Below, piece by piece: positions 36,612 to 46,444 of a stretch of DNA of 64,000 nucleotides. The DNA comes from Candidatus Omnitrophota bacterium. GTDB lineage: Bacteria > Omnitrophota > Omnitrophia > Omnitrophales > Aquincolibacteriaceae. Numbering within the stretch: the stretch's first letter is position 1; each line of letters opens with the position of its first letter. The notes below the pieces were generated by a model. The model saw only the letters and a list, made by a program, of their open reading frames with translations. It did no database searches and was not told where the DNA came from. A program made the position numbers and the translations under genes. The stretch covers positions 432 through 64,431 of the forward strand of contig VFQY01000001.1 in NCBI GenBank assembly GCA_018883425.1, read 5' to 3'.

Positions 36612-36697
36612 AAAACTCCGAGGGCGGGGTGCCCGCGGCGTGAACACCGGGCAGCTCTGAGGATACAATAAACTTCGGCTGAGGGTCGCATGAAATC

Positions 36698-36913
36698 TCA
36701 GCCGCTTACTTTTTTGAAAGCGTAGCGTTCCCGGATGTTCTCGCGGAAGAAACACCCGTGAGATTCCGCTTTCAAGAAGGCCCGGTAGACATCCGGCGGG
36801 ACCTGTTCATAGTGATAAACACCTCCTGCCCTAAAGGCGACTTCGAGGGAAGCTTTTGACTCATCATATCCGATGACGGCAATATCACGCGACCGCACTG
36901 CGATTCTTTCCAT
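36698..36913 (-). CDS. KTSC-domain protein
   Basis: IAVIGYDESKASLEVAFRAGGVYHYEQVPPDVYRAFLKAESHGCFF matches the KTSC domain. Start at MERIAV with RBS AGGAGAAG. Confidence 0.6.
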   Translation of the reverse strand: MERIAVRSRDIAVIGYDESKASLEVAFRAGGVYHYEQVPPDVYRAFLKAESHGCFFRENIRERYAFKKVSG

Positions 36914-37001
36914 GTCACTTCTCCTGAGGGCGTCTTTTTGATTTGCGCTTATTATATTCAGCCTCGATTGGGATTGCCAGACATCCAAAAATATATTTAT
37001 T

Positions 37002-37424
37002 TTAAAAAAATTTCCCCGCGGCGTCCTCGGCCAGCCCATGGATTCTTTCTACCTCGCCGGCCCTTCTCGTTAGACCCCTGAGCGAGAGCTCGGCAAGCAG
37101 GACCCTTCGGACCAGCTCAGCAGCCTTCTGACGATTCGTTTTAAGCACGTCCTGGCGAGCCATAAAATCCTCGCAGCTGCAACGGATCAGCGTCACTAAG
37201 CTTTCTAAATCGGGCCCCGAATACTTCCGGCTTCTTAAGTAAGCTTCCGCGGTTTTTTCCCACCGCCCTTCTTCAGAATGCTCCGTTTGGGAGTATTGAA
37301 CATAGAGGCCGCAGATTTTTCGAGCGTGTTTTTTCGCGATCCGGTGAGGACGAACGGCGCGCCCAATGAGGACGGCGGCAAGCAGCAGGAGAAAGAATAC
37401 AGCTGTAAAGAAAAAAATGCTCAC
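37002..37424 (-). CDS. Hypothetical membrane-anchored protein
   Basis: N-terminal TM helix FFFTAVFFLLLLAAVLIG; no recognisable domain. Confidence 0.4.
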   Translation of the reverse strand: MSIFFFTAVFFLLLLAAVLIGRAVRPHRIAKKHARKICGLYVQYSQTEHSEEGRWEKTAEAYLRSRKYSGPDLESLVTLIRCSCEDFMARQDVLKTNRQKAAELVRRVLLAELSLRGLTRRAGEVERIHGLAEDAAGKFF

Positions 37425-37431
37425 TTCAAAA

Positions 37432-38109
37432 CTAGACTTTCTGGAATGACGCAGGCATCAGATCGGGAACGGGCAGCGTGTCCTGCTGCCGTAAATCCTG
37501 AAGATTTTGCTTGAGCGCCGACACGTCAAGCTCCAAAGCTCCTTTGATTCTCCGTGACCCGAGCTGATCCAAGAGCATTTCGAGTTTAGCCGCTGTGACA
37601 GCTTTAGCTTCAAGCTGATGCATAAAATTCCGCCGAAGTGCTTGAATCTCATCTCCCGAGTTTTTCAGTTCCAGGGATAAACTCTCGGCTCTGGCTTCGG
37701 CCACCCGAGCCCGAATCTCAAACTCGCGGGTCGCTTTGAGAACCTGAACCTCCGTGCGCAGATTCGAGCCCCACGAAATTAACAGGCTGCCCGCTCCGAG
37801 CCCGGCACAAAGGGCGAGGGCGCTCAGACGCATCGTTTTCAGGCTATAGCTCGCCGCAAGATTCAGGCGGTATTGGTTCTGCTCAGCCCGCTCTGAGTTT
37901 AAAGAGGTTTGGAGCTCAGAAACACTCGCTTTGAGCCTCGACACCTCCCGGCGCGCCGTCTCGGCATAAGCCTCAGCCGACTGAGCTTTTTTCAAGGCCT
38001 TGCTGAGTTCCTTGCGGGAACGGAACTTCTCAGCCCAAAACCCGGTCCATGCCGCCGTCAAAACGCCTAAGGTTATAAGACCCAGCTCGATCAGCTCTTT
38101 TTCCGCCAT
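37432..38109 (-). CDS. Hypothetical coiled-coil membrane protein
   Basis: N-terminal TM, central TM, and heptad-rich segments (SRLKASVSELQTSLNSERAEQ...). Confidence 0.4.
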   Translation of the reverse strand: MAEKELIELGLITLGVLTAAWTGFWAEKFRSRKELSKALKKAQSAEAYAETARREVSRLKASVSELQTSLNSERAEQNQYRLNLAASYSLKTMRLSALALCAGLGAGSLLISWGSNLRTEVQVLKATREFEIRARVAEARAESLSLELKNSGDEIQALRRNFMHQLEAKAVTAAKLEMLLDQLGSRRIKGALELDVSALKQNLQDLRQQDTLPVPDLMPASFQKV

Positions 38110-38187
38110 GACCCGCTCCTTTGTTGGATTCGACCGTTACATTATCGGCCTAGGCGTGCTTTTTCATGCGCGAAAAATCGAACATCA

Positions 38188-39003
38188 TCAGAGCTGCGTT
38201 CCAAAAGCTGGGGAACGTTTCGATTGAGTTCTTTTTTCGAGAAGGTCCTGAATCTCAAGGTCGGAGTGACCGCTTTCGCGTTTCAATTCGACAAGAAGAC
38301 CCCGCCGCTGTTCTTCATCCAGAGTCTCTGAGATTCGATCCAGAGCGGCCTCCGTCAGCTTTGAATCGCGGACATAGTCCACCGACCACCGTCCGCGGTG
38401 AAGGACAAGATGGGCCTCTCCCGGAGTTAATCCGTCCGGGCGCAGGATTTTGATTTCGAACCTCGCCCTTCTTGCGGTTTTCTCGATTTCATTCATGCCC
38501 GAGGGCTTCCCAGGAAGAACCGCTTTGACCGTGGGGCTGCCGATCAGCGGCTGGCGCCGGGTCTGGGCATAAACTTGGGGAGACGCGTAATGCCTTTTTC
38601 GCTCGGGACTGAGCAGATCAAACTGCTTGTCAAATTGTGAAAGGCTCTCCAGACGCAGATAATCCTCCAAAATTTTGACGGGAGTTTTCTCTGCCACGGG
38701 CGGCTTCACGAAGTGAAAAACGATCGGGATACCGCACAGGGCGATCACAGCGGCAGCCAAGGGCATCCCGTAACTCAAAAACTCCTGTAACTTGGCAGAT
38801 CTCTTAGCGCTTGAGCGCCTTGCCTCGAGAGGGGGGCCCGCAGTTCGCGAGGAAGCCTCTGCATCTTCCTCAATCTCCAAGACTTCGAGCCGGCGGCGTT
38901 CGAGTTCAGCACGGGCGGCCTCTTCTGTGTCAGCTTTGAGGCTTCCCGCACACGTGAAGCCCCGAATGTCCCTTGCCTGATATTTAAAATATCGCATACT
39001 CAT
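38188..39003 (-). CDS. Hypothetical protein with GspF/PilC-like N-terminal motif, one TM helix and a C-terminal soluble domain
   Basis: RYFKYQARDIRGFTCAGSLKADTEEAARAELERRRLEVLEIEE resembles the N-terminal domain of type II secretion/pilus F proteins. Unconfirmed. Confidence 0.35.
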   Translation of the reverse strand: MSMRYFKYQARDIRGFTCAGSLKADTEEAARAELERRRLEVLEIEEDAEASSRTAGPPLEARRSSAKRSAKLQEFLSYGMPLAAAVIALCGIPIVFHFVKPPVAEKTPVKILEDYLRLESLSQFDKQFDLLSPERKRHYASPQVYAQTRRQPLIGSPTVKAVLPGKPSGMNEIEKTARRARFEIKILRPDGLTPGEAHLVLHRGRWSVDYVRDSKLTEAALDRISETLDEEQRRGLLVELKRESGHSDLEIQDLLEKRTQSKRSPAFGTQL

Positions 39004-39009
39004 TCCCCC

Positions 39010-39894
39010 TTAAACTCCCAAGAGAGCGGCTCCTAGAACTCCGGCCGAATCTCCAAGCCGGTTTTTGACGATAGGCGTACCGCTCTCGCCGCCGAAAATC
39101 CGGCACCGCGTCTGACGCAGTCCTTGCGTGTAAAGTTCCCGGACGTTGGAAACTCCTCCCCCTAAAACCACGATATCGGGATCAAGAATGTGGATCAGGT
39201 TCGCCATCGCCCGGCCGAAGTCTTTAAAAAAAATCTTCATGATGCTTTTGGCTCGAGGTTCCCCTCTCCGGAACCCCTCGACGATCCCGGTCAGCTGCAG
39301 GCTGTGCCCGTAAAGCCTGCGGTATTTTTTTTCCAGCCCTCCGCCGCTGATGAGAGTTTCCACACATCCTCGTGAACCGCAATAACAGCGGGGGCCGTAA
39401 GGATCGATGGCCATGTGTCCCCACTCACCGGCGAGCCCCTGCCGACCCCGCAGCAGCCGTCCGCCTTCCACAATTCCGCCGCCGCACCCAGTCCCAAGAA
39501 TAACACCAAAGACTCTCGCCTGGCCGCGCCCGGCTCCCAATAAAGCTTCGGCGAGGGCAAAACAATTGGCGTCGTTTTCAAGGGTCAACGGCCTTCTGAA
39601 GACGCGCTTTAACTCCGCCAGACTAAGACGGCCGTTCAGGCAAAGGGTATTCGAGTTTTTCAGCTTACCGGTCTTCGACGAAAGTGTGCCCGGCGTTCCG
39701 ATGCCCAGAGTGTGCGGGCGGTTTTGTGCCGCGGTTTTCATGGAATTGTAGAGACGGGCTAGATTGCCGAGGATTGCGCGGTAGCCTTTTTTCTGCTCGG
39801 TCGGAATGCGTTCACGAAAAAGGACCCGCCCGCGCTGATCGAGCACAGCTCCCTCGATTTTAGTCCCTCCCAGGTCAAGCCCGAAACGAAGCAT
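39010..39894 (-). CDS. ROK-family sugar kinase (glucokinase/GlcNAc kinase-like)
   Basis: [14 protein letters not shown]; zinc motif [10 protein letters not shown]. Start at MLRFGL (39894). Confidence 0.75.
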   Translation of the reverse strand: MLRFGLDLGGTKIEGAVLDQRGRVLFRERIPTEQKKGYRAILGNLARLYNSMKTAAQNRPHTLGIGTPGTLSSKTGKLKNSNTLCLNGRLSLAELKRVFRRPLTLENDANCFALAEALLGAGRGQARVFGVILGTGCGGGIVEGGRLLRGRQGLAGEWGHMAIDPYGPRCYCGSRGCVETLISGGGLEKKYRRLYGHSLQLTGIVEGFRRGEPRAKSIMKIFFKDFGRAMANLIHILDPDIVVLGGGVSNVRELYTQGLRQTRCRIFGGESGTPIVKNRLGDSAGVLGAALLGV

Positions 39895-39997
39895 TACCCG
39901 CTTCTCCCAAAATGCTTTTTTACGTTCATTGATACACCCCGGCAGATCCGTTATTATACTCCTGTTAGCGCACAACACCCAAGACTGGAATCAACCG

Positions 39998-40651
39998 ATG
40001 AACGAACGCAAGATTGCTCCTCCCGGGGGCGAAAAAAAAGTACTCCTTCACTCCTGCTGCGCTCCCTGCTCCGGCTCGGTGATCGAAGACATGCACCAAG
40101 CAGGCCTGGAACTCACGGTTTATTTTTACAATCCCAATATTCATCCCCGCGAGGAATACGAGATACGCAAGGAAGAAAATATCCGGTACGCCCAGAAACT
40201 CGGCATACCTTTCATCGACGCGGACTATGACGCCGAGCGCTGGTTCCAAGAAATGAAGGGCCATGAGCTCGACGAAGAGCGCGGTGAGCGCTGCTCCATG
40301 TGTTTTGAAATGCGCTTCGTTAAAACCGCCGAATACGCCTCTAAGAACGGTTTCAAAATTATCACAAGCTGCCTCGGAATTTCGAGGTGGAAAGACTTCG
40401 ATCAGGTCACCCGGGCAGGCGCTGCCGCGGCTGCGCTTTTCCCGGGTATCCATTATTGGGACTATAACTGGCGCAAAGACAACGGCTCCCAGAGAATGAT
40501 CCAGATCGCAAGAAATGAGTCTTTTTATCAGCAGCAATACTGCGGCTGCGCCTATTCGCTCAGGGACACGAATCAATGGCGCTTGTCTCAGGGCCGGGAA
40601 AAAATTGAGTTTGGGAAAGATTACTACGGTCCGAAGTCCGCAAACTCCTGA
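39998..40651 (+). CDS. queH: Epoxyqueuosine reductase QueH (DUF208)
   Basis: HSCCAPCSG...CSMCFEMRF...QQYCGCAYS cysteine pattern of QueH. Confidence 0.8.
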   Translation: MNERKIAPPGGEKKVLLHSCCAPCSGSVIEDMHQAGLELTVYFYNPNIHPREEYEIRKEENIRYAQKLGIPFIDADYDAERWFQEMKGHELDEERGERCSMCFEMRFVKTAEYASKNGFKIITSCLGISRWKDFDQVTRAGAAAAALFPGIHYWDYNWRKDNGSQRMIQIARNESFYQQQYCGCAYSLRDTNQWRLSQGREKIEFGKDYYGPKSANS

Positions 40652-40676
40652 ACCAAAAGCTTTCGGACAAAAAAAA

Positions 40677-40706
40677 AGCCCCTCCGGAATACCCGGAAGG
40701 GCTTTT
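40677..40706. terminator. Bidirectional Rho-independent terminator between convergent queH and hypothetical gene
   Basis: AAAAAAAAA-GCCCCTCCGG-aatac-CCGGAAGGGC-TTTTTTTA. Confidence 0.6.
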
Positions 40707-40717
40707 TTTATTGGGCG

Positions 40718-41182
40718 TTATGAGGCGTAACCAAGTTCCGCGGCTTGGCGCATACGGTCGCGGAGGTCGCTGCGCTGAGCTTGTTCCCGGTCAAAACGGC
40801 GCTGGCGGGAATACTCGAGAGTACGCTGAGCATCGTCCACCTGCGTCTGCATCATGGGCTCCTGCTGGGGATTTCGGCGCGCGACTTTATAGGCGTCCGA
40901 GGCGCTCCAAACACGGTTGGCAAGCATCGGTCCGAGGCCGATCCACACCAGTCCGCCGCTCACCGTCGTGCCGAGAACAACAGCCGTCGTCACACTGGCA
41001 ACTTCAATCGCACCCATGACTTTCGTCTTGCGGGATCGGATCTCACCATTAAGAGCCTGACCCGTTGTCGGAAGAAGCAGAGAGGCGCCTGCTTCACGAA
41101 GTCCTTGAGCTTGGGCTGTCTGCGGCTGTACGGAAACTGCCATGGTAAGAGCGAGTATCAGTGCTGGAAATTTTATTCTCAT
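40718..41182 (-). CDS. Hypothetical secreted protein
   Basis: MRIKFPALILALTMAVSVQPQTAQA signal peptide; Gln/Arg-rich C-terminus. Confidence 0.4.
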   Translation of the reverse strand: MRIKFPALILALTMAVSVQPQTAQAQGLREAGASLLLPTTGQALNGEIRSRKTKVMGAIEVASVTTAVVLGTTVSGGLVWIGLGPMLANRVWSASDAYKVARRNPQQEPMMQTQVDDAQRTLEYSRQRRFDREQAQRSDLRDRMRQAAELGYAS

Positions 41183-41284
41183 AGGGTCCTCCGAATCAAG
41201 GGTGTTCAAAAAAATCAGGTTTGAATGCGTGATTGCGAATGTTAACGGTTTTAGAAATCGATGTCAACGGATCGAAAATCTAAC

Positions 41285-42808
41285 TTAGTCTTTTTGACTC
41301 AGAAGTTTCAAAAAGAGACGGACACCGACCCCTGTCGATCCAAAAAGACAATCATGACGCGCTGTTTCGCACCAGGCAGTGCCCGCAATGTCCAGATGAG
41401 CCCAGGGGGTTTTAGCAGGCACGAATTCCTTGAGAAACATACCCGCCGTGATCGTACCGCCGTTGGAACCGCCTATATTTTTTAAATCAGACTGTTTACC
41501 TTGGATGAGCGGCCTGTATTCGTCCCAAAGAGGCAGCTCCCAACAGCGTTCACCGGACTCTTGACCTGCAGCCTTCACTTTTTCTACGAGGTCAGAATCT
41601 GTCCCCATCAGACCAATCGCTTGGTCGGCAAAAGTTGCCGCGCACATCCCGGTGAGCGTCGCAATATCGACAATCATTCCGGGCTTGAAACGCTCCGAGA
41701 AAGCGAGGGCATCTGCGAGAATTAGCCTGCCTTCGGCATCCGTATTCAACACCTCAACCGTCTTGCCGTTGAACATGCGGATGATGTCGCCTGGACGCTG
41801 CGGATTATTTGAGATGTTGTTTTCCACGGCGGGTACGAGTCCGACAATGTGCCGTTTGAGTCCGAGGGATGCCGAAGCCTTGAGAGCGCCGAGAACTGCG
41901 GCTGAACCCGCCATATCGTATTTCATCTTTTCCATACCGCCGGCAGGTTTGAGCGACAAGCCGCCGGTATCAAAAGTGACGCCTTTGCCAATCAGGCAAA
42001 CGGTCCCGCGCGAAGCAAACTTCTTTCCGTACTCCATCAGAATCAAAGCGGGGGGCGTCAAGCTTCCCTGGCTGACCCCGAGAATGCCTCCCATTTTGAG
42101 CTTTTCCATCTCTTTGATTCCAAGAACGCGGCATTGAATACCCTCTGCCTTGCACATCTTGCGGGCGGCAGCGGCCAGGGTCTGCGGATTGACCACATTG
42201 GCCGGTTCGTTGACCAAATCTCTTGCAAAAATGACTCCGTCGGCGGTTTTGCGGGCTTTTTCTGAAATCCTCTTAAGCGGAGCGCAATCACGTTCCCGGG
42301 AAACCATAAACTCGAAGATGATCGGCTGCTGGGGCTCAGCGTCAGCGGATCGCTTATACTTGCGGAAATCATAAGTACCCAAAAGAATCGTCTCTGTAAA
42401 AAGGTCTGCCAACGATTCTTTGGACACTTCCGGGCTGACGAAGGACTCCAGCAGGATTCTGACACGTCCGGCTTTTCTTTCACGCACGGCTTTGACAAGG
42501 TTGCCGGCGGTTTTCCGGGCGCAGAGTTTGAAAAATTTATCCCGCGGGCCAAGCCCTAAAAGCATCGCTTCCGAGGCCTCTCTGAATTTCAGCCCAAAAC
42601 TCGCCAGAGTTTCTCCAAATTTCCCCGAGAAGCGGTGGCGTTTTACTGCTGTTTTGGCGCCCATGGAAAACTCGGGCTCTAAAGCTAACAGCGCCCGGTC
42701 AAGGTCCTGACCGCTGAAACATCCCGTTATGAGCAAATCCGCCTTGGTTCGGCGCTCTGAAGAACCAACAAAGACAATCTTGACCATGGATCTTCTCCCC
42801 TTCAACAT
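41285..42808 (-). CDS. pepA: Leucyl aminopeptidase (M17 family)
   Basis: NTDAEGRLILADAL and related metal-binding site motifs. Confidence 0.9.
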   Translation of the reverse strand: MLKGRRSMVKIVFVGSSERRTKADLLITGCFSGQDLDRALLALEPEFSMGAKTAVKRHRFSGKFGETLASFGLKFREASEAMLLGLGPRDKFFKLCARKTAGNLVKAVRERKAGRVRILLESFVSPEVSKESLADLFTETILLGTYDFRKYKRSADAEPQQPIIFEFMVSRERDCAPLKRISEKARKTADGVIFARDLVNEPANVVNPQTLAAAARKMCKAEGIQCRVLGIKEMEKLKMGGILGVSQGSLTPPALILMEYGKKFASRGTVCLIGKGVTFDTGGLSLKPAGGMEKMKYDMAGSAAVLGALKASASLGLKRHIVGLVPAVENNISNNPQRPGDIIRMFNGKTVEVLNTDAEGRLILADALAFSERFKPGMIVDIATLTGMCAATFADQAIGLMGTDSDLVEKVKAAGQESGERCWELPLWDEYRPLIQGKQSDLKNIGGSNGGTITAGMFLKEFVPAKTPWAHLDIAGTAWCETARHDCLFGSTGVGVRLFLKLLSQKD

Positions 42809-43089
42809 CGCGATGATTTCTTTGAATAAGTGCTGCTCTTAATTTTCGGCTTCTGGAAGGAAAACATTACCCCTTAAAAAAAGTCCGGCGGGGACGAGCA
42901 CCTCTCCGGGTATGGGATGAGACTCTTAGGGATCAAGCGCATCTCCCTCGCCCAGCACGGAGCTTACGGAGTCTTCTCAGCAGTTTTTTCCTCTAAAACC
43001 CTCTCGAAAAAAATCTTGTATTTATCCCTTCAAAAACCTAAGCATTTATCGGAATATGACTTTGACACTCTCGGGGGAATTGGCATAAG

Positions 43090-43749
43090 ATGTCATCCAT
43101 GCACACAAACCGACGGCGGCATTTCCTCATCAATAAACCCCTCCAGCTTCGATTCATGCTTTACATCTCACTTCCCCTGTTCACGGCAACCACCGTGATT
43201 CTGCTGGGACTTTACATCGGTATCTGGGGCAGCATTCTGGGGGCCTTCACCCAAGAGGATCTGCGCAACGACCTGCTCACCGCTTCGCGCCTGACGGACT
43301 ACGAAGAAGCCCGGCAAGGATCTGCTTCGTCCGGCTCATCAGAGCTGAGTTTTTTCAAACAAGCCGAAAAACTCAGCGTAAGACAGAGAGAGGTCTTCAA
43401 ACAGATTCTCGACGAGTCCAATAAAGATCTTTTTCCCAAAGCGTTGCTGCTTCTCGTGCTCATCGCCTGGGGTTCGATTTTTATTTCTCACAAAGTGGCT
43501 GGGCCTTTTTACCGCTTCTGCCGTTCCCTGGAGGATGTGCAGAAGGGAGATCTTCGTGCGCGGATGCAATTGAGAAAATTTGACGAGGGCCAGGGTCTGG
43601 CGAAAACCTTCAACGCTTCTGTAGCGACCGTCGACGAGACGCTCTCTAAAGTAAAAACTATCATCCGGCAAAATGAGGCTGACCCGGCCCGAGCCCTGAC
43701 CCTTCTTAAAGCTGAACTTTCGCGGCTCAAAACCAGTGCGGATAACTAG
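43090..43749 (+). CDS. Membrane protein with two TM helices and a HAMP domain, no output domain
   Basis: TM1 FMLYISLPLFTATTVILLGLYI; TM2 ALLLLVLIAWGSIFI followed by HAMP-like SHKVAGPFYRF...DLRARMQL. Confidence 0.55.
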   Translation: MSSMHTNRRRHFLINKPLQLRFMLYISLPLFTATTVILLGLYIGIWGSILGAFTQEDLRNDLLTASRLTDYEEARQGSASSGSSELSFFKQAEKLSVRQREVFKQILDESNKDLFPKALLLLVLIAWGSIFISHKVAGPFYRFCRSLEDVQKGDLRARMQLRKFDEGQGLAKTFNASVATVDETLSKVKTIIRQNEADPARALTLLKAELSRLKTSADN

Positions 43750-45016
43750 GCTTCTCCGCTCAATTTCTTTCAGCGTCCTGTGTTTCTCTCTCCCGGCCTC
43801 TGTGCTCTCAGCCGAAGCTCTGAGCGTCAAAGACCTTGACCTCTTAAAGAAAATCCAACGCGATTCCTTCCAGTACTTCCCTCGCTTATCGGATAAAAAT
43901 ACCGGCTTCACCAGGGATACTTCAAAGCCGGGATCCCCTGCATCGATTGCCGCAACGGGGTTTTCGCTGGCCTCGACTGCCATTGCAGCCTCCCATCAGT
44001 GGATACCCTCAGAATGGGCTGAAGCCGCGCTGCGCAAAACCATGAAAAGCCTGCTGACCAAAGCCCAGCATGAACGCGGTTTTTTTTATCACTTCTTGGA
44101 TGCCCAAAGCGGCCGGAGGGTGTGGGCCTCAGAAGCCTCATCTATCGACACGGCTCTCCTTGTGGCCGGCGCTCTGGTGGCAGCACAATACTATCCGGGA
44201 ACAGAGATCGAACGGATGGCGCATGCTCTTTATGAACGCGTCGACTGGCCGTGGATGCTCAACGGAACCGATTTGATGTCCATGGGATGGACACCGGAAT
44301 CGGGGTTCCTCCCTTACTATTGGGATACGTACAACGAACACCTGATTCTGCAGGCCCTGGCTCTGGGATCACCCTCCAAGCCTGTGACCAAGGATGCATG
44401 GAACGCCTGGGAGCGCCGCGAGGACGAATTTAACGGGCGTAAAATCGTCTATGCGCACTCCGGGAGCCTTTTCACTTACCAATATCCCCACGCCTTCATC
44501 GATTTCAGAGACCTTGACGATGTGGGCATCAACTATTTTGAAAACTCAAAACAGGCCGTACTCGCAAACCGGGAATACACGCTGGGATTCCGGCATCTTT
44601 ACCGGTCTTATTCTGAAAACTCCTGGGGTGTTTCGGCGTCCGCGGGACCGGGCGGCTACAAAGCATACGGCGCTAAACCGGGAGAGGGACTTCATGACGG
44701 TACCATCACGCCCTATGCGGCTCTTGCATCCATTGTTTTCACACCGGAAGAATCCATGGCAGCTGCTCGATTTTTCTTTGAGCAGCATAACAAGAAACTC
44801 TATGGACATTTTGGCTTTAAAGACGCTTTCAACATCGACAAGGACTGGTGGGCCGACGAATACATCGGAATTGACCAAGGAATCATCGTCCTGATGCTGG
44901 AGAATTTCCTCAATCAGGGAGCCGTTTGGCAGAAGTTCATGGCCTTAAATGCCGTCCGGCAATGGATCAGAGTGTGCTCGCTTCAAAAGAAAGAGAAAAT
45001 CACTCCTTCGTCATAA
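43736..45016 (+). CDS. Secreted glucoamylase-like (six-hairpin, DUF3131-type) glycoside hydrolase-like protein
   Basis: Signal peptide. (alpha/alpha)6-barrel-like aromatic-rich composition resembling bacterial glucoamylase-related and beta-1,2-glucan-active proteins. No search was run. Confidence 0.45.
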   Translation: MRITRLLRSISFSVLCFSLPASVLSAEALSVKDLDLLKKIQRDSFQYFPRLSDKNTGFTRDTSKPGSPASIAATGFSLASTAIAASHQWIPSEWAEAALRKTMKSLLTKAQHERGFFYHFLDAQSGRRVWASEASSIDTALLVAGALVAAQYYPGTEIERMAHALYERVDWPWMLNGTDLMSMGWTPESGFLPYYWDTYNEHLILQALALGSPSKPVTKDAWNAWERREDEFNGRKIVYAHSGSLFTYQYPHAFIDFRDLDDVGINYFENSKQAVLANREYTLGFRHLYRSYSENSWGVSASAGPGGYKAYGAKPGEGLHDGTITPYAALASIVFTPEESMAAARFFFEQHNKKLYGHFGFKDAFNIDKDWWADEYIGIDQGIIVLMLENFLNQGAVWQKFMALNAVRQWIRVCSLQKKEKITPSS

Positions 45017-45272
45017 AGCGTATGGCAAGGCGGGCAGCTGTCTCTTCGATCATCTCGCGGGTAAAGTAAGTGCCTTTTTTGAGTTCTTCCTTGATTTCAC
45101 GAACTCTTCCGAAGTTCGGATCCGGTTCCGAGGGAATCAAATCAGCGAACTTCTTGACCTCACCCCACAAAATCTCATCTTCATGATTCTGAACAACAGG
45201 TCCTGTAATCCGGACCCGTTTAAATGATGACGAGGGATTCTGGCCGGGGTGCTCACGTCTAGGTAGATTCAT
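45000..45272 (-). CDS. flgM: Anti-sigma-28 factor FlgM-like
   Basis: C-terminal RVREIKEELKKGTYFTREMIEETAARL resembles the FlgM sigma-28-binding helix region. Lies directly downstream of fliA. Confidence 0.55.
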   Translation of the reverse strand: MNLPRREHPGQNPSSSFKRVRITGPVVQNHEDEILWGEVKKFADLIPSEPDPNFGRVREIKEELKKGTYFTREMIEETAARLAIRFMTKE

Positions 45273-45391
45273 ATCGCCCTTTAAATCGAAAAGAATAACG
45301 CTGTTTCGCTGCGGCCAGTTAGAAGCCGCGATCTTTTCGTTTATCGGCCCATCCCACCTTGAACTTAAGGCGCCCTTTGAAAACTGCTGCT

Positions 45392-46171
45392 TCAGGCATC
45401 CAAGGTCAGCTCGCCCACCCTCCTCGTCAGATGAGAGCGAAGCCTGGTAACAACCTTGGTGTGAATCTGACAGACTCTCGATTCGGAAACATCAAGGATC
45501 TCGCCGATTTCACGGAGCGTCAGGTTTTCATAGTAATACAGAACAACGACGAGCTTTTCCTTCTCCGGAAGATCGTCGATCGAGTGCGCCAGAATCTCCT
45601 TCACCTCATTCTGATGCACATAGCTGAACTGATTGGTGATCAGCGAGTCTTCGATGGTCTGAAGTCTTGAAATCGGCTTATTTCCGTCATCATTCTGCCA
45701 GACTTCGTCGAGGGAAAGAAAGGTCGTTGAGTTGAGATCGCTGTAGATGCCGTTCAGTTCATCGGTTGAAATGTTGAGGGCCTCGGCCAATTCATCATCG
45801 CTCACCGATCTGCCGTTTTTTTCTTCCAGTTCTTTGCACTTCTTTTCGATTTCCCGAGCCTTTTTACGGAGCAGGCGCGGAGCCCAGTCCAGTTTACGGA
45901 GCTCGTCCATGATCGACCCCCGGATTCGGGAAACCGCGTAGGTTTCGAACTTGTTGCCCTGAGAAACATCGTATTTCGTAATCGCATCGAAAAGACCCAG
46001 GATTCCGTAACTGACCAGATCGTTGAACTCAACGTTCGGGGGAAGACCAATCGCGACTCGGCCCGCCACATATTTCACCAAATACAGATACTTTTTAACG
46101 ATTTCTTCCCGCAACGCCTGGCTTTTCGTCCTCTTGAACTTTTTCCACATCCTGACTTCTTCTTCGCGCAT
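45392..46171 (-). CDS. fliA: RNA polymerase sigma-28 factor (FliA/WhiG)
   Basis: Region 2 YAVSRIRGSIMDELR; region 4 LTLREIGEILDVSESRVCQIHTKVVTRLR. Confidence 0.85.
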   Translation of the reverse strand: MREEEVRMWKKFKRTKSQALREEIVKKYLYLVKYVAGRVAIGLPPNVEFNDLVSYGILGLFDAITKYDVSQGNKFETYAVSRIRGSIMDELRKLDWAPRLLRKKAREIEKKCKELEEKNGRSVSDDELAEALNISTDELNGIYSDLNSTTFLSLDEVWQNDDGNKPISRLQTIEDSLITNQFSYVHQNEVKEILAHSIDDLPEKEKLVVVLYYYENLTLREIGEILDVSESRVCQIHTKVVTRLRSHLTRRVGELTLDA

Positions 46172-46203
46172 AGGGGACTCCTCCGGTTATAAAGAACGAT
46201 GAA

Positions 46204-46444
46204 TTACTTTTTTTCTTTCTGCTGCTCTAAAATTTTTTTTATCTGAAGCAAGGTATAGTTTTTGGTCTGAAGAATCTTGATTTGCTCGAGACGGTCAAAA
46301 ACGCCCTCGTCGTAAAGGCGATGCCCCGAGGCTGTTCTCCGCGCCTCCTGAATGAGACCCGTGAGGGTGTAGTTGTGAAGCGTCTGGCGGGAAAGCCCCG
46401 TGTACTGCATCACTTCGCCGATCTTGAAGAGTTTTTCTCTTTTC
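46204..46444 (-). CDS. MerR-family transcriptional regulator (short)
   Basis: LFKIGEVMQYTGLSRQTLHNYTLTGLIQEARRTASGHRLYDE HTH. GTG start likely near 46444. Confidence 0.6.
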
